Shown here one piece after another: positions 42,713 to 52,099 of a stretch of DNA of 64,000 bases. The notes under the pieces are model-generated. The model saw only the letters and a program-made list of their open reading frames with translations, was not told the DNA's origin and ran no database searches. Every line of letters begins with the position of its first letter. The first letter of the stretch is position 1. The position numbers and the translations under genes were made by a program. This DNA comes from Betaproteobacteria bacterium (GTDB taxonomy: Bacteria > Pseudomonadota > Gammaproteobacteria > Burkholderiales > Rhodocyclaceae): contig JACQAO010000002.1 of NCBI GenBank assembly GCA_016194935.1, positions 852 through 64,851 of the forward strand, given 5' to 3'.

Positions 42713-42827
42713 AATATTTTTAATACGTTTAATAACATTAGCTTATATATATGATATGACCTTTATAAAGCCTTTTTTGTGACAAAATTATTGCACTGCA
42801 ATTTGAGTTTGCGAAAGCCAGGGCGGC

Positions 42828-43703
42828 GTGGCTGAGAAAACCACCAGTATTTTCCAGCGGGTCGCGCCGGGCTTTTTCGTGCTCCTCTGGAGTACCGGGT
42901 TTATCGGCGCCAAGCTGGGCCTGCCGGATGCCGAGCCGCTGACTTTCCTGCTGCTGCGCTTCGCCATCGTCTGTACCTTGTTGCTGATGCTGGCACTGGT
43001 GCTGCGGCGTCCCTGGCCCGTGAATCGGCGGCAAGCCCTGCATATCGCCGTGGCGGGGGTGCTGCTGCACGGCGGCTATCTTGGAGGAGTATTCAGCGCC
43101 ATTCACCGGGGCATGCCGGCGGGGCCGGTGGCATTGGTCGTCGGCATGCAGCCTTTGCTGACCGCGCTGCTCGGCGGCAGATTGCTGGGCGAGCGTGTCG
43201 GCGCGAAGCAATGGGTGGGTTTGTTGCTGGGTTTTGCCGGCGTGGTGCTGGTGCTGTCGGGCAAGCTGGCGTTGGCCGGCGCCTCCGCTGCAGGATTGGC
43301 GCTGGCGCTGCTGGCACTGGTGAGCATCACCGCCGGGACGCTTTACCAGAAACGTTTTTGCGGCCAGATGGATCTATGGACCGGGTCGTTGCTGCAGTTT
43401 GCGGCCACCAGTCTGGTGCTCCTGCCGTTGGCGCTCACTACCGAAACCATGCGGGTGAACTGGAGCGGCAACTTCATTTTCGCGCTGGGCTGGCTGGTGC
43501 TGGTGTTGTCGCTGGGCGCAATTTCCCTGTTACACCTGTTGATCCGGCGCGGCGCGGCGACGCGGGTATCGACGCTGTTTTACCTGACGCCGCCGGTCAC
43601 CGCACTGATGGCCTGGGCAATGTTTGGCGAGCAACTCGACCCGCTTGCCATGACAGGCATGGCGCTGGCGGCAGCCGGGGTGGCGCTGGCGTTGAAGCGG
43701 TGA
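42828..43703 (+). CDS. DMT-superfamily (EamA-type) transporter
   Basis: Ten-TM profile with two EamA-like halves. GTG start. Confidence 0.8.
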   Translation: MAEKTTSIFQRVAPGFFVLLWSTGFIGAKLGLPDAEPLTFLLLRFAIVCTLLLMLALVLRRPWPVNRRQALHIAVAGVLLHGGYLGGVFSAIHRGMPAGPVALVVGMQPLLTALLGGRLLGERVGAKQWVGLLLGFAGVVLVLSGKLALAGASAAGLALALLALVSITAGTLYQKRFCGQMDLWTGSLLQFAATSLVLLPLALTTETMRVNWSGNFIFALGWLVLVLSLGAISLLHLLIRRGAATRVSTLFYLTPPVTALMAWAMFGEQLDPLAMTGMALAAAGVALALKR

Positions 43704-43706
43704 TAC

Positions 43707-44492
43707 TTAAATATTCTTGAAATCCGCTTTGCGCTTGTCGATAAACGCCGTCATGCCTTCCTTCTGGTCGATCAGGCCGAAGGTGGAGTGGAAGGTGCGG
43801 CGCTCGAACAGCAGACCTTCCTGGAGCGAAGATTCATAGGCGCGGTTCACCGATTCCTTGATCATCATTACTACCGGCAGTGAATAGCCGGCGATTTTTT
43901 CGGCGCTGGCGAGCGCCTCCTCGATCAGTTTGTCTGCCGCCACGATGCGCGCCACCAGGCCGGCGCGCTCGGCCTCGGCGGCATCCATCATGCGGGCGGT
44001 CAGGCACATTTCCATCGCCTTCGACTTGCTCACGGCGCGCGGCAAGCGCTGCGTGCCGCCGGCGCCGGGGAGGATGCCGAGCTTGACTTCGGGCTGGCCG
44101 AACTGCGCCGTGTCGGCGGCCAGGATGAAGTCGCACATCATCGCCAGCTCGCAGCCGCCGCCCAGGGCGTAACCGGCCACTGCGGCAATGACCGGCTTGC
44201 GGCAGTGCGCCACGCGATCCCAGTTGCGGCTGATGTAGTTGGCCTTGTAGACATCCATGTGGCTCCAGTCTTTCATGGCGGCGATGTCGGCGCCGGCGGC
44301 AAAGGCTTTTTCCGAGCCGGTAATGATGATGCAACCGATGGCTTCGTCGGCTTCGAAAGCGTCCAGCGCAGCGCCGACTTCGTCCATCAGCGCGTCGTTG
44401 AGCGCATTGAGCGCCTGGGGCCGATTCAGGGTGATCAAGCCGACATTGTGTTTTGCACCGCGTACCTCGGCGATGATATTTGCATATGTCAT
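43707..44492 (-). CDS. enoyl-CoA hydratase (crotonase family)
   Basis: [49 protein letters not shown]. Start at MTYANI (ATG 44492). Confidence 0.9.
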   Translation of the reverse strand: MTYANIIAEVRGAKHNVGLITLNRPQALNALNDALMDEVGAALDAFEADEAIGCIIITGSEKAFAAGADIAAMKDWSHMDVYKANYISRNWDRVAHCRKPVIAAVAGYALGGGCELAMMCDFILAADTAQFGQPEVKLGILPGAGGTQRLPRAVSKSKAMEMCLTARMMDAAEAERAGLVARIVAADKLIEEALASAEKIAGYSLPVVMMIKESVNRAYESSLQEGLLFERRTFHSTFGLIDQKEGMTAFIDKRKADFKNI

Positions 44493-44499
44493 GTTGCGC

Positions 44500-45135
44500 T
44501 TACTCCTGGCGTGGATTGGCGATTTCCGGCACTGCTTTGAGCGGCGCCGGTTCGATGGCGGATTTTGAATCGGCAACAGGCGGCGCCGGCTGCCCGGCAG
44601 CAGCCTTGTTTTTCGGCTGGATCACAGCGCGCACGCGATTGTCCTTGCCAGGCACAGGCGCAGCGGTGGCGCCAGCCGGGCCGCTGGTGACAACATAATT
44701 TTCGTTCTTGCCGTCATAGGCGATGTATTGGCCGCGCACTTCATCCTGGCCGCTCTTGATGCGGGCGCGCAGGAAAAACTCGGTCTTGTCCGCCTTGCCG
44801 TCGTACACAATCCGCTCGGCCTCGCCATCGACATAGGCGTCCCGGCCTTCGCGCTTCTGCCGGAAGTGCGCCAGCCCGCCGGGGCCGCCGGTGGCAACGC
44901 TGGTCTGGAAGCCATCCGCATCCTGGGTCACCACCAGCTTTTCGCAGCGGATCACCAGAGTGCCTTGCACCAGTTGGACGTTACCTTCGAAAACATTTAT
45001 TTTCTTTGCGTCGTCGATGACAATTTTGTCGGCCTCGAGGTTGACCGGTTTGTCGCGGTCGGCCTTTTCCGCAAAGGCTGGCAGGGACAGGGCAAGAGTG
45101 GCGAGCGCGAGCAGCGGCCAGGCGATTGGCTTCAT
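44500..45135 (-). CDS. lptA: LPS transport periplasmic protein LptA
   Basis: Signal peptide, then [17 protein letters not shown]...FEGNV.L.QGTL.I...K. OstA-like repeats. Follows lptC. Confidence 0.85.
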   Translation of the reverse strand: MKPIAWPLLALATLALSLPAFAEKADRDKPVNLEADKIVIDDAKKINVFEGNVQLVQGTLVIRCEKLVVTQDADGFQTSVATGGPGGLAHFRQKREGRDAYVDGEAERIVYDGKADKTEFFLRARIKSGQDEVRGQYIAYDGKNENYVVTSGPAGATAAPVPGKDNRVRAVIQPKNKAAAGQPAPPVADSKSAIEPAPLKAVPEIANPRQE

Positions 45136-45710
45136 GGTGGATTGATATCCTTCCGATAAATCATGCCGTGAGTCGGCCCGTTCAGCGTGTAGGTGTGGGC
45201 GCGGTTGTCGACTTCCATGCCGGCGCCGGTAAGCACGCTGTGTCCCTGGACTATGCTGACGGGCGCGCTGGTGCGGGCAATTTCGTCGTCGGGGTACACC
45301 ACCATTTCGGCAGTAGTCACCAGCAGCTCCGGATTACCGGCGCTGGCTTCACGCACCACGCGGACGTCGTCGGAAAGCCGGACTTGTTTGCCGTCCTTGC
45401 TGATCAGGGCCTTATGCGCGCTGAGCCGGGTCGGTGAGGTGTTGCCAAAAAAAATCAGCGCAGGATCGGTGACCGTGGTGCTGTCATCGTCGGGATAATG
45501 CAACATCTCCTTCGCGCTCAGCGAGTGTTGCAGACTGCCGTCCAGGTTGAAGCGGCGCAGGGTGAAATTGTCGACGACAAAATCCGGGTCGTGGCGTCTC
45601 TTGTCGTAGCCGATGCCGCCCACCTGACTGGCGCGTTCGAGCCAGAACGTGAGCGCCGCCAGCAGGGTCAGCAGGACCAGCGGAAACAGATTGGCGCTGT
45701 GCACCCTCAT
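45132..45710 (-). CDS. lptC: LPS export system protein LptC
   Basis: Single N-terminal TM, PDF.VDNF motif, size and position between kdsC and lptA. Confidence 0.75.
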   Translation of the reverse strand: MRVHSANLFPLVLLTLLAALTFWLERASQVGGIGYDKRRHDPDFVVDNFTLRRFNLDGSLQHSLSAKEMLHYPDDDSTTVTDPALIFFGNTSPTRLSAHKALISKDGKQVRLSDDVRVVREASAGNPELLVTTAEMVVYPDDEIARTSAPVSIVQGHSVLTGAGMEVDNRAHTYTLNGPTHGMIYRKDINPP

Positions 45711-46282
45711 GTTGACGGCCTGATCGCTGGGTTGGCCATACTGGCTGAAGTTGGTGCAAGGTAAGGCGCCAGCGCGGCTTCCAGCTTGCCTTGCGCGGCG
45801 AGGATCAGTTCGCAGATTTCCCGTACCGCGCCGCCGCCTGCCGCAGCTTGCGTCACATAATGAACATGGGATCGCACCAGGGCATGACCGTTCGGCACGC
45901 TGGCGGAAAAGCCGCAGGCACGCAGCAGCGGCAGATCAACCACGTCGTCGCCCATGTAACCGGCGTCGGCGAATTCCAGATTGAGCGGCTGCAACAGGTC
46001 TTGCATGGCGCGGTGTTTATCCTCGATGCCTTGCAGCAGCAGTTCGATGCCAAGATTTTTGGCGCGTAATTCGACGGCGCGCGAGTGGCGGCCAGTGATG
46101 ATGGCGAGCACGATACCAGCGTTAGCGAGCATTTTCAGGCCATGACCGTCGAGCGTGTTGAACGCCTTCATTTCGTCGCCCTGCGCAGTGAAATAAAGCG
46201 TGCCGTCGGTCAGTACGCCATCCACGTCGAAGGCCATCAGCTTGATCTGGCGCGCTTGTCGATGGGCAAGAGTGGCGGACAT
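45707..46282 (-). CDS. kdsC: 3-deoxy-D-manno-octulosonate 8-phosphate phosphatase (HAD)
   Basis: FDVDGVLTDG, ITGR, GDD..DL motifs; kdsD-kdsC context. Confidence 0.85.
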   Translation of the reverse strand: MSATLAHRQARQIKLMAFDVDGVLTDGTLYFTAQGDEMKAFNTLDGHGLKMLANAGIVLAIITGRHSRAVELRAKNLGIELLLQGIEDKHRAMQDLLQPLNLEFADAGYMGDDVVDLPLLRACGFSASVPNGHALVRSHVHYVTQAAAGGGAVREICELILAAQGKLEAALAPYLAPTSASMANPAIRPST

Positions 46283-47286
46283 CAGACCACCTTGGCGCGG
46301 AACAGGTCGTGCATGTTGAGGGCGCCGCAGAGCCTGCCATCGGCGTCGATGACCAGGAGCTGGGTAATTTTGTGCTCCTCCATCAACTGCACGCCCTCGA
46401 CGGCGAGCCGTTGCGGTGCGATGGTGCGCGGCTGGCGCGTCATCACCTGGCTGACCGGCGTATCGCGCAGGTCGCCGAGTTTCTGCATGGCGCGGCGCAG
46501 GTCGCCGTCGGTGAAAATTCCGCTTAGCGTTCCGTCGGAATTCATCACCGCCACCATGCCCATGCCTCCGCTGGAGATAGCGGCCAGCGCCTCAATGATG
46601 GACTGGGTTTCAGGTACGCACGGCACTTTCTCAGCCGGACGCATGACATCGCTGACGTGCGTCAGCAGGCGTCGACCGAGAGCGCCGCCGGGATGCGAGC
46701 GGGCAAAATCCTCAGCGCCGAAACCGCGCGCGTCCAGCAGCGCCACCGCCAGTGCGTCGCCCAGAGCCAACGCAGCAGTGGTGCTGGCGGTGGGAGCAAG
46801 ATTGAGCGAGCAGGCTTCTTCCTTGACGCTGGCGTCAAGATGCACATCAGCCTCCCGCGCCAATGACGACGCCGGGTTTCCGGTGATGGCGATCAGTCGG
46901 CCACCCTGGCGCTTGATCAGCGGCACGATGGTGAGCAGCTCGTCGGTTTCGCCGGAGTTGGACAGGGCGATCAGTATGTCGTCGCGCGTGATCATGCCGA
47001 GATCGCCGTGGATCGCCTCGGCGGCATGCACGAAATAAGCTGGTGTGCCGGTGCTGGCGAGGGTGGCGGCGATCTTGCGGGCGACGTGGCCGGATTTGCC
47101 GATGCCGCAGACGATGACCCGGCCTCGGCAGGCGAGAATCAACTCCACCGCGCGCAGAAAATCCTCACCCAGACGCCCGCTCAGTGCGGCGACGGCGTCC
47201 GCCTCGATTTGCAGCACGCGCCGCGCCATTTCGATCGGACGCGGCGGCAATCGGGAAGCGCTGCCGGGTGTGCCTGTTTGGCTCAT
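46282..47286 (-). CDS. kdsD: arabinose-5-phosphate isomerase (SIS + tandem CBS)
   Basis: GIGKSGHVARKIAATLASTGTPA, SNSGET, C-terminal CBS pair. Confidence 0.9.
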   Translation of the reverse strand: MSQTGTPGSASRLPPRPIEMARRVLQIEADAVAALSGRLGEDFLRAVELILACRGRVIVCGIGKSGHVARKIAATLASTGTPAYFVHAAEAIHGDLGMITRDDILIALSNSGETDELLTIVPLIKRQGGRLIAITGNPASSLAREADVHLDASVKEEACSLNLAPTASTTAALALGDALAVALLDARGFGAEDFARSHPGGALGRRLLTHVSDVMRPAEKVPCVPETQSIIEALAAISSGGMGMVAVMNSDGTLSGIFTDGDLRRAMQKLGDLRDTPVSQVMTRQPRTIAPQRLAVEGVQLMEEHKITQLLVIDADGRLCGALNMHDLFRAKVV

Positions 47287-47354
47287 GGAAGGGTTGCAGT
47301 TATGATTCGTTTGATTATAACAAACCGCATCGCCGCACTTTGAAATAGTCGCCT

Positions 47355-49325
47355 ATGGGTACTACCCTGCAACTCGTCCTGCTGCTGCTGATTTCCGCCG
47401 TGCTGGTGGTGGCCCTGTTTCGCGCCTTGAATCTGCCGCCGGTGCTGGGTTATCTGCTGGTCGGCGCGGTGATCGGCCCGCATGCGCTGAACTTCATGGC
47501 TGACTCGGAAGGCACGCGCCACCTGGCGGAATTCGGCGTGGTGTTCCTGATGTTCACTATCGGCCTGGAGTTTTCACTGCCGCGCCTCTACAGCATGAAG
47601 CGCATCGTCTTCGGCCTGGGGCTGGCCCAGGTGCTGGTGACGGGAACCGTCATCCTGCTTGCGGCCTGGCTGCTGGGGCTGTCCTGGCAAGGCGCGCTGG
47701 CGCTGGGCGGTGCGTTGGCGATGTCTTCCACGGCGGTGGCGAGCAAGCTGCTGGCCGAGCGTATGGAACTGGAGTCGACCCACGGCCGCCAGATCATGGG
47801 CGTGCTGCTGTTCCAGGATATTGCCGTGGTGCCGCTGTTGATTCTGCTGCCGGCGTTGGCCGGGAGCGCCGAATCACTTGCGGGTACTTTGTCCGTCGCA
47901 GTGCTCAAGGCGGCCGTGGTGCTGGCGATTGTGTTGTTTTTCGGCCAGCGTCTGATGCGCGCCTGGTTCACCATCGTCGCCCGACGCAAGTCGACCGAGC
48001 TGTTCATGCTCAACGTGCTGCTGATTACCCTGGGCCTTTCCTACATTACCGAAAGGGCTGGCTTGTCGTTGGCGCTGGGTGCTTTTATCGCCGGTATGCT
48101 GATCTCCGAAACCGAATATCGCTTCGAGGTCGAGCAGGACATCAAACCCTTCCGCGATGTTTTGCTGGGTTTGTTTTTCATCACCATCGGCATGTACCTT
48201 GATCCGGCGTTGATTGCGCATCACTTCCTCGCTGTGGCCGGCGTGCTGGCAGGTCTGCTGGCGCTCAAACTGGCGCTGGCCGCGGGCCTGGCGCGCCTGT
48301 TCGGCGCTGCGCCGGGCGAGGCGTTGCGCACCGGCCTGTGGTTGTGCGCTGGCGGAGAGTTCGGCTTTGTCCTGCTGGCCTTGACCATGCAACAACAACT
48401 GGCCGCACCGGCCGTCACCCAAATCGTGCTGGCGGCGCTGGTGCTGTCGCTGCTGCTGGCGCCGCTGCTGATTCACTTCAGTGATCGGATTGTGCTGCGC
48501 TTCGTGGCTTCGGAATGGATGATGCGTTCGATGGCCCTGACCCACATCGCCGCCCGCACCATCGCCAGCGACAAACACGCCATCCTGTGCGGATACGGAC
48601 GCACCGGCCAGCACCTGGCGCGGTTCCTGGAAAAGGAAGGCATCTCCCATGTTGCGCTCGATCTCGATCCGGAGCGTGTGCGCGAAGCCGCCGCCGCCGG
48701 CGATGCGGTGGTGTTCGGCGACGCTGCGCGCCGCGAAACCCTGATTGCCGCCGGCATCCAGCGCGCCGATGTAGTGGTGGTGACTTCCAACGATGCGCAG
48801 TTGGCGCTGCGCGTGCTGCATCACGCACGCGAATTGCGACCTGGTCTGCCGGTGGTGGTGCGCGCCGCCGAAGACGCCGACATCGCGCGCTTCGAAGCCG
48901 CCGGCGCCGCCGAAGTGGTGCCGGAGGCGCTGGAGACCAGCGTCATGTTGGCGACCCATGCGCTGGCCCTGCTGGGCGTGCCGATGCATCGCGTGATCAA
49001 ACGGCTGCGTGAAATGCGCGAACAGCATTACGTGTTGCTGCGCGGCTTCTTCCACGGCGGATCGGATGTCGGCGAGCATCTGTCGGATGCCCAGCAGCCG
49101 CGTCTGCATTCGGTAGTGCTGACCGAAGGCGCCCACGCCATTGGCCGTTCGTTGGAAGATCTGGCGCTGTCAAGCCTGGCAGTGACCGTCCCGGCGATCC
49201 GCCGGCGCGATATACGCGGCATCGAACCCGGCCCCGAAACGCTGCTTGCCGCCGGTGATGTGGTGGTGATGCTGGGCGTATCGGCGGCGGTGGCGGCAGC
49301 GGAGGTAAGGCTGTTGCGGGGCTAG
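47355..49325 (+). CDS. CPA2-family monovalent cation:proton antiporter with TrkA-N and TrkA-C domains (KefB/YbaL-like)
   Basis: Na/H-exchanger TM domain, Rossmann ILCGYGRTGQ, C-terminal TrkA-C-like region. Confidence 0.85.
   Translation: MGTTLQLVLLLLISAVLVVALFRALNLPPVLGYLLVGAVIGPHALNFMADSEGTRHLAEFGVVFLMFTIGLEFSLPRLYSMKRIVFGLGLAQVLVTGTVILLAAWLLGLSWQGALALGGALAMSSTAVASKLLAERMELESTHGRQIMGVLLFQDIAVVPLLILLPALAGSAESLAGTLSVAVLKAAVVLAIVLFFGQRLMRAWFTIVARRKSTELFMLNVLLITLGLSYITERAGLSLALGAFIAGMLISETEYRFEVEQDIKPFRDVLLGLFFITIGMYLDPALIAHHFLAVAGVLAGLLALKLALAAGLARLFGAAPGEALRTGLWLCAGGEFGFVLLALTMQQQLAAPAVTQIVLAALVLSLLLAPLLIHFSDRIVLRFVASEWMMRSMALTHIAARTIASDKHAILCGYGRTGQHLARFLEKEGISHVALDLDPERVREAAAAGDAVVFGDAARRETLIAAGIQRADVVVVTSNDAQLALRVLHHARELRPGLPVVVRAAEDADIARFEAAGAAEVVPEALETSVMLATHALALLGVPMHRVIKRLREMREQHYVLLRGFFHGGSDVGEHLSDAQQPRLHSVVLTEGAHAIGRSLEDLALSSLAVTVPAIRRRDIRGIEPGPETLLAAGDVVVMLGVSAAVAAAEVRLLRG
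49295..49321. repeat. direct repeat copy 1 (native 3' end of the antiporter gene)
   Basis: GGCAGCGGAGGTAAGGCTGTTGCGGGG. Recurs at 51287-51317 and, in degenerate form, at 50466-50492. Confidence 0.85.
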
Positions 49326-49331
49326 CAATGA

Positions 49332-50276
49332 CTATGTGCTGGATGCCAATAGTCCTTCATCGAGCAGCGTTTGCACGATAGCCGCCTGGCGCCGGTCGCG
49401 TCGACGCTTGGGCTCCGGACGCCGTGGCGCTTTATCAGCCATCCATAGCTTGAATTCGACAAATGCCTGCGGAATAATCGTGCGCATCAAAGTCATGCGC
49501 CCGGTGGCCGAGATAACTACATGTTCAAAGCGTGGTGCGTTGGTTAGCACTGAGGCGCGTTTGGCTTGCACCGGCCACAGGTCTTCCTCATCATCGGAAA
49601 ACCGGAACGGATGCGGGTCATCCCCCTCGGGCTGGCGTCTCAGGAAGTCAACCTCGAAGCCTTTCGCATTTATGGCTGTCTCGTTCTGACCCTGCTTGCG
49701 CTGAAACGTAGGGTCTGATATCTGTAACACCTTCAGCATCGACGAGTCCAGCTTGCCGATATCGGTGATGAAGCGTACCCGCCTGCGTGCGTCCCACAAC
49801 AGGTCAACGTCCTGTGTGGCAAGCGCGCCCTGCACAATACGCACGCCTGCGGCTGTTTCGTAGGCGTACAGCGCGTGTGTACCCACCACGGTGAAGTATT
49901 CGCCAAGTCCGGTGCTCTCGATGGCTTGCAGTACTGCTACAACGATTGACGGTACGCGACCGGCTTTCAGGGCTTTGTTCAGGCGCTCGGCGTCGGTGAG
50001 GGCTCCTCTGAGGGATTTCAGCCGCGCCTCAACTGCGGACTTGTGCGCGGTGAACTCCCCAAAAACCCGCTCAGTCTCGGGCGTTCGCGGGCCGATACGC
50101 TGCTGCAGGTTGTCAGGCCGCGTCTTGACCAGATATTGGTAGCCCTGCTGCCGCTTCCAATACATGCCACCTGCGTATTGACGCGCTTGAGCCTGGACCC
50201 GGACGAACTCGTCGAATACAGTGGCGGAGTCGATGACTTGCCGGGCGGTGTTGTCAGGAAGCGGCAGGTAGTCCAT
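49332..50276 (-). CDS. nucleotidyltransferase-fold protein (AbiEii/GSU2403-like), function unknown
   Basis: VVGTHALYAYE...ATQDVDLLWD resembles the G-x-n-D-x-D pol-beta NTase signature. Family assignment is from memory only. Start taken as MDYLPLP (track start 50321). Confidence 0.45.
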   Translation of the reverse strand: MDYLPLPDNTARQVIDSATVFDEFVRVQAQARQYAGGMYWKRQQGYQYLVKTRPDNLQQRIGPRTPETERVFGEFTAHKSAVEARLKSLRGALTDAERLNKALKAGRVPSIVVAVLQAIESTGLGEYFTVVGTHALYAYETAAGVRIVQGALATQDVDLLWDARRRVRFITDIGKLDSSMLKVLQISDPTFQRKQGQNETAINAKGFEVDFLRRQPEGDDPHPFRFSDDEEDLWPVQAKRASVLTNAPRFEHVVISATGRMTLMRTIIPQAFVEFKLWMADKAPRRPEPKRRRDRRQAAIVQTLLDEGLLASST

Positions 50277-50465
50277 TGGCCGTATTTTTTGCAAATATTG
50301 ATTATATACGGCCAAGATCAATTAGTGCAGTTGAGGGGAGCCTTAAATGAAGACCCTCGCAGCAAACTGCGAGGGTTCAAATCAGAATCCTGAGTCCGGT
50401 GAAATCATTCTACGGAAGAGGAGGGGAGTCGGACCAGGCCCGAGACGCGGCTTGCCGCCAGTGAT

Positions 50466-50492
50466 GTAGTGGTAAAGCTGTTGCGTGGTTAA
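50466..50492. repeat. direct repeat copy 2 (degenerate)
   Basis: GTAGTGGTAAAGCTGTTGCGTGGTTAA. The core GGTAAAGCTGTTGCGTGG differs at 2 positions from copy 1. It reads VVVKLLRG-stop, against EVRLLRG-stop in copy 1. Confidence 0.7.
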
Positions 50493-50500
50493 GGCTGGCT

Positions 50501-50529
50501 TTGACCTCCAAAAATGTACACACTTTTAT
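50501..50529 (+). promoter_or_regulatory. candidate vapBC promoter
   Basis: TTGACC (50501-50506), 17-nt spacer, TTTTAT (50524-50529). TACACA/TGTGTA inverted repeat around 50516-50535. Confidence 0.3.
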
Positions 50530-50554
50530 GTGTATATAAAATCCGGGGGCGACT

Positions 50555-50785
50555 ATGAAAACAGCCAAAGTATTCAAGCAGGGCAACAGCCAGGCGGTAA
50601 GGCTACCCAAGGAATTCCGTTTTCAGGAGGATGAGATTTTCATCCGCAGGCAGGGCGATACTGTCCTGCTGATCCCCAAAAAGGCAGCGCGCTGGCAACA
50701 CCTGAAAAATACCATCGGCAAATTCAAGGGCGATTTCGCGCGTGCTCCGCAAGCGGCATTCGAGGAGCGGGACTGGCCGCAATGA
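50555..50785 (+). CDS. vapB: VapB antitoxin (AbrB/SpoVT fold)
   Basis: [23 protein letters not shown] is the canonical AbrB-type VapB N-terminus. Its stop overlaps the vapC start. Confidence 0.85.
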   Translation: MKTAKVFKQGNSQAVRLPKEFRFQEDEIFIRRQGDTVLLIPKKAARWQHLKNTIGKFKGDFARAPQAAFEERDWPQ

Positions 50786-51201
50786 ACTACATGCTGGACA
50801 CCAACATCTGCATTTATCTGATGACCGATCGCTACCCCTTGCGCCAGTCGCGCATCCTTGCCCGGTTGGAAGCACTCGCGCCGGACGACAGGCTGGTGCT
50901 CTCCAGCCTCGTGATCTTTGAACTCAGCTACGGCGCACAGAAAGGGCGCTGGCGCAAAGCCAACCTCGCCCTGCTCGAAGGATTCCTGCTCGACTTTATC
51001 ATTGCACCCTTCGATGAAAAAGCCGCACATATCGGCGGAACGATCCGCACAGGACTCGAAAAGAAAGGCAAGCCCATCGGCTCAATGAATACCCTCATCG
51101 CCGCCCACGCCGTCAGCCTCGGCAATCCTTTGGTCACGCACAATCTTGTGGAGTTTTCCAGGGTGCCGAAATTGAAGGTGGAAAACTGGGCGGGGGAGTA
51201 A
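50782..51201 (+). CDS. vapC: VapC PIN-domain toxin
   Basis: MLDTNICIY (first acidic residue), ...E..YG..., ...IAAHA..., THN..EF PIN motifs. Confidence 0.9.
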   Translation: MNYMLDTNICIYLMTDRYPLRQSRILARLEALAPDDRLVLSSLVIFELSYGAQKGRWRKANLALLEGFLLDFIIAPFDEKAAHIGGTIRTGLEKKGKPIGSMNTLIAAHAVSLGNPLVTHNLVEFSRVPKLKVENWAGE

Positions 51202-51286
51202 CCACTGCCAAGGCCACGGTTGGGCATCTGACCTAAAGCTGCCCGAATGCGACGTGCGCTTCTTTGGTAATACTGAGTTTGCCGAC

Positions 51287-51317
51287 GGCAGCGGAGATAG
51301 GTAAGGCTGTTGCGGGA
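51287..51317. repeat. direct repeat copy 3
   Basis: GGCAGCGGAG-ATAG-GTAAGGCTGTTGCGGGA. Identical to copy 1 over 10 + 16 nt apart from the 4-nt insertion. Lies immediately upstream of the terminator at 51330. Confidence 0.85.
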
Positions 51318-51329
51318 TAATCGAAGCAA

Positions 51330-51356
51330 GAAAAGCCCGCCGGAGCGGGCTTTTTG
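51330..51356. terminator. bidirectional rho-independent terminator
   Basis: GAAAA-GCCCGC-CGGA-GCGGGC-TTTTT. Sits between the cassette region and the convergent pilin gene. Confidence 0.8.
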
Positions 51357-51373
51357 TGGCGAATAGGCCTGTG

Positions 51374-52054
51374 TTACAGACCGAGACAGACTACGTACGT
51401 AGTACCATCAACGATAGCTGCTTCATTGACAACAGCGGGGAGAGGTGTGCCGGTATAGGGACCCAATGCGACGCGCATTGAACCAGTAAATGGATTTCCG
51501 TCATCCATGGTGGTGTCGAGTTGCTTGGCAAACTTACCCTGGATTCCATCAGAACAGACGAAGTATGAACTTGTCATAGTGGCTATTGGTGCTGTAGATT
51601 GTATACCGATTCTTCCACCATCTGCATTCACAGGGGCATAAGTGGAGTCGGTCGTAGTTGTACTACCAGCGGCCAGACCTGCAAGGCGCACATGTTGCCA
51701 GAAAACGTACGACTCATCAGTGATGGCTGTTGAGTTATATGCGCCATCAATTGTGCCGCTTCCAGTAGCGCACTTCCCGGCAGCAGGAGGAGCGCACGGT
51801 GTTCCAGCAGTGCCGAAACGACCGTTAGCGGTTCCATCAACTCCTTTATCATCCCCAGGCAGCGCACGGTACTTGTCCTGATAACCATAAATGAAAAGCG
51901 GCACCTGCTTGAAATCCTGCGCGAAGTTCTTCACCTTCGCACTATTGATCAATTCCTGGCCCTTCAACACACCACCCAGCAGCAAGCCGATGATGACCAG
52001 CACGATGGCGATTTCGATGAGAGTGAAACCGGACTGTTTCCTGGACATCTGCAT
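51374..52054 (-). CDS. type IV pilin / pseudopilin (probable major subunit)
   Basis: Class III signal MQMSRKQSG/FTLIEIAIVLVIIGLLLGG (Gly-1, Phe+1, Glu+5). AAGGAG RBS 6 nt before ATG 52054. Cys pairs in the C-terminal half. The track start 52141 is upstream of the promoter. Confidence 0.85.
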   Translation of the reverse strand: MQMSRKQSGFTLIEIAIVLVIIGLLLGGVLKGQELINSAKVKNFAQDFKQVPLFIYGYQDKYRALPGDDKGVDGTANGRFGTAGTPCAPPAAGKCATGSGTIDGAYNSTAITDESYVFWQHVRLAGLAAGSTTTTDSTYAPVNADGGRIGIQSTAPIATMTSSYFVCSDGIQGKFAKQLDTTMDDGNPFTGSMRVALGPYTGTPLPAVVNEAAIVDGTTYVVCLGL

Positions 52055-52099
52055 TTTAGTCTCCTTGGTTTTTGCGAACATGTTCATCACATAACTCTC

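Noticed and set aside
49295-51317. Integron gene cassettes with attC sites
   Set aside because: The repeats are direct copies of a gene 3' end. They are not imperfect palindromes with RYYYAAC/GTTRRRY cores, and no intI gene or attI is present.
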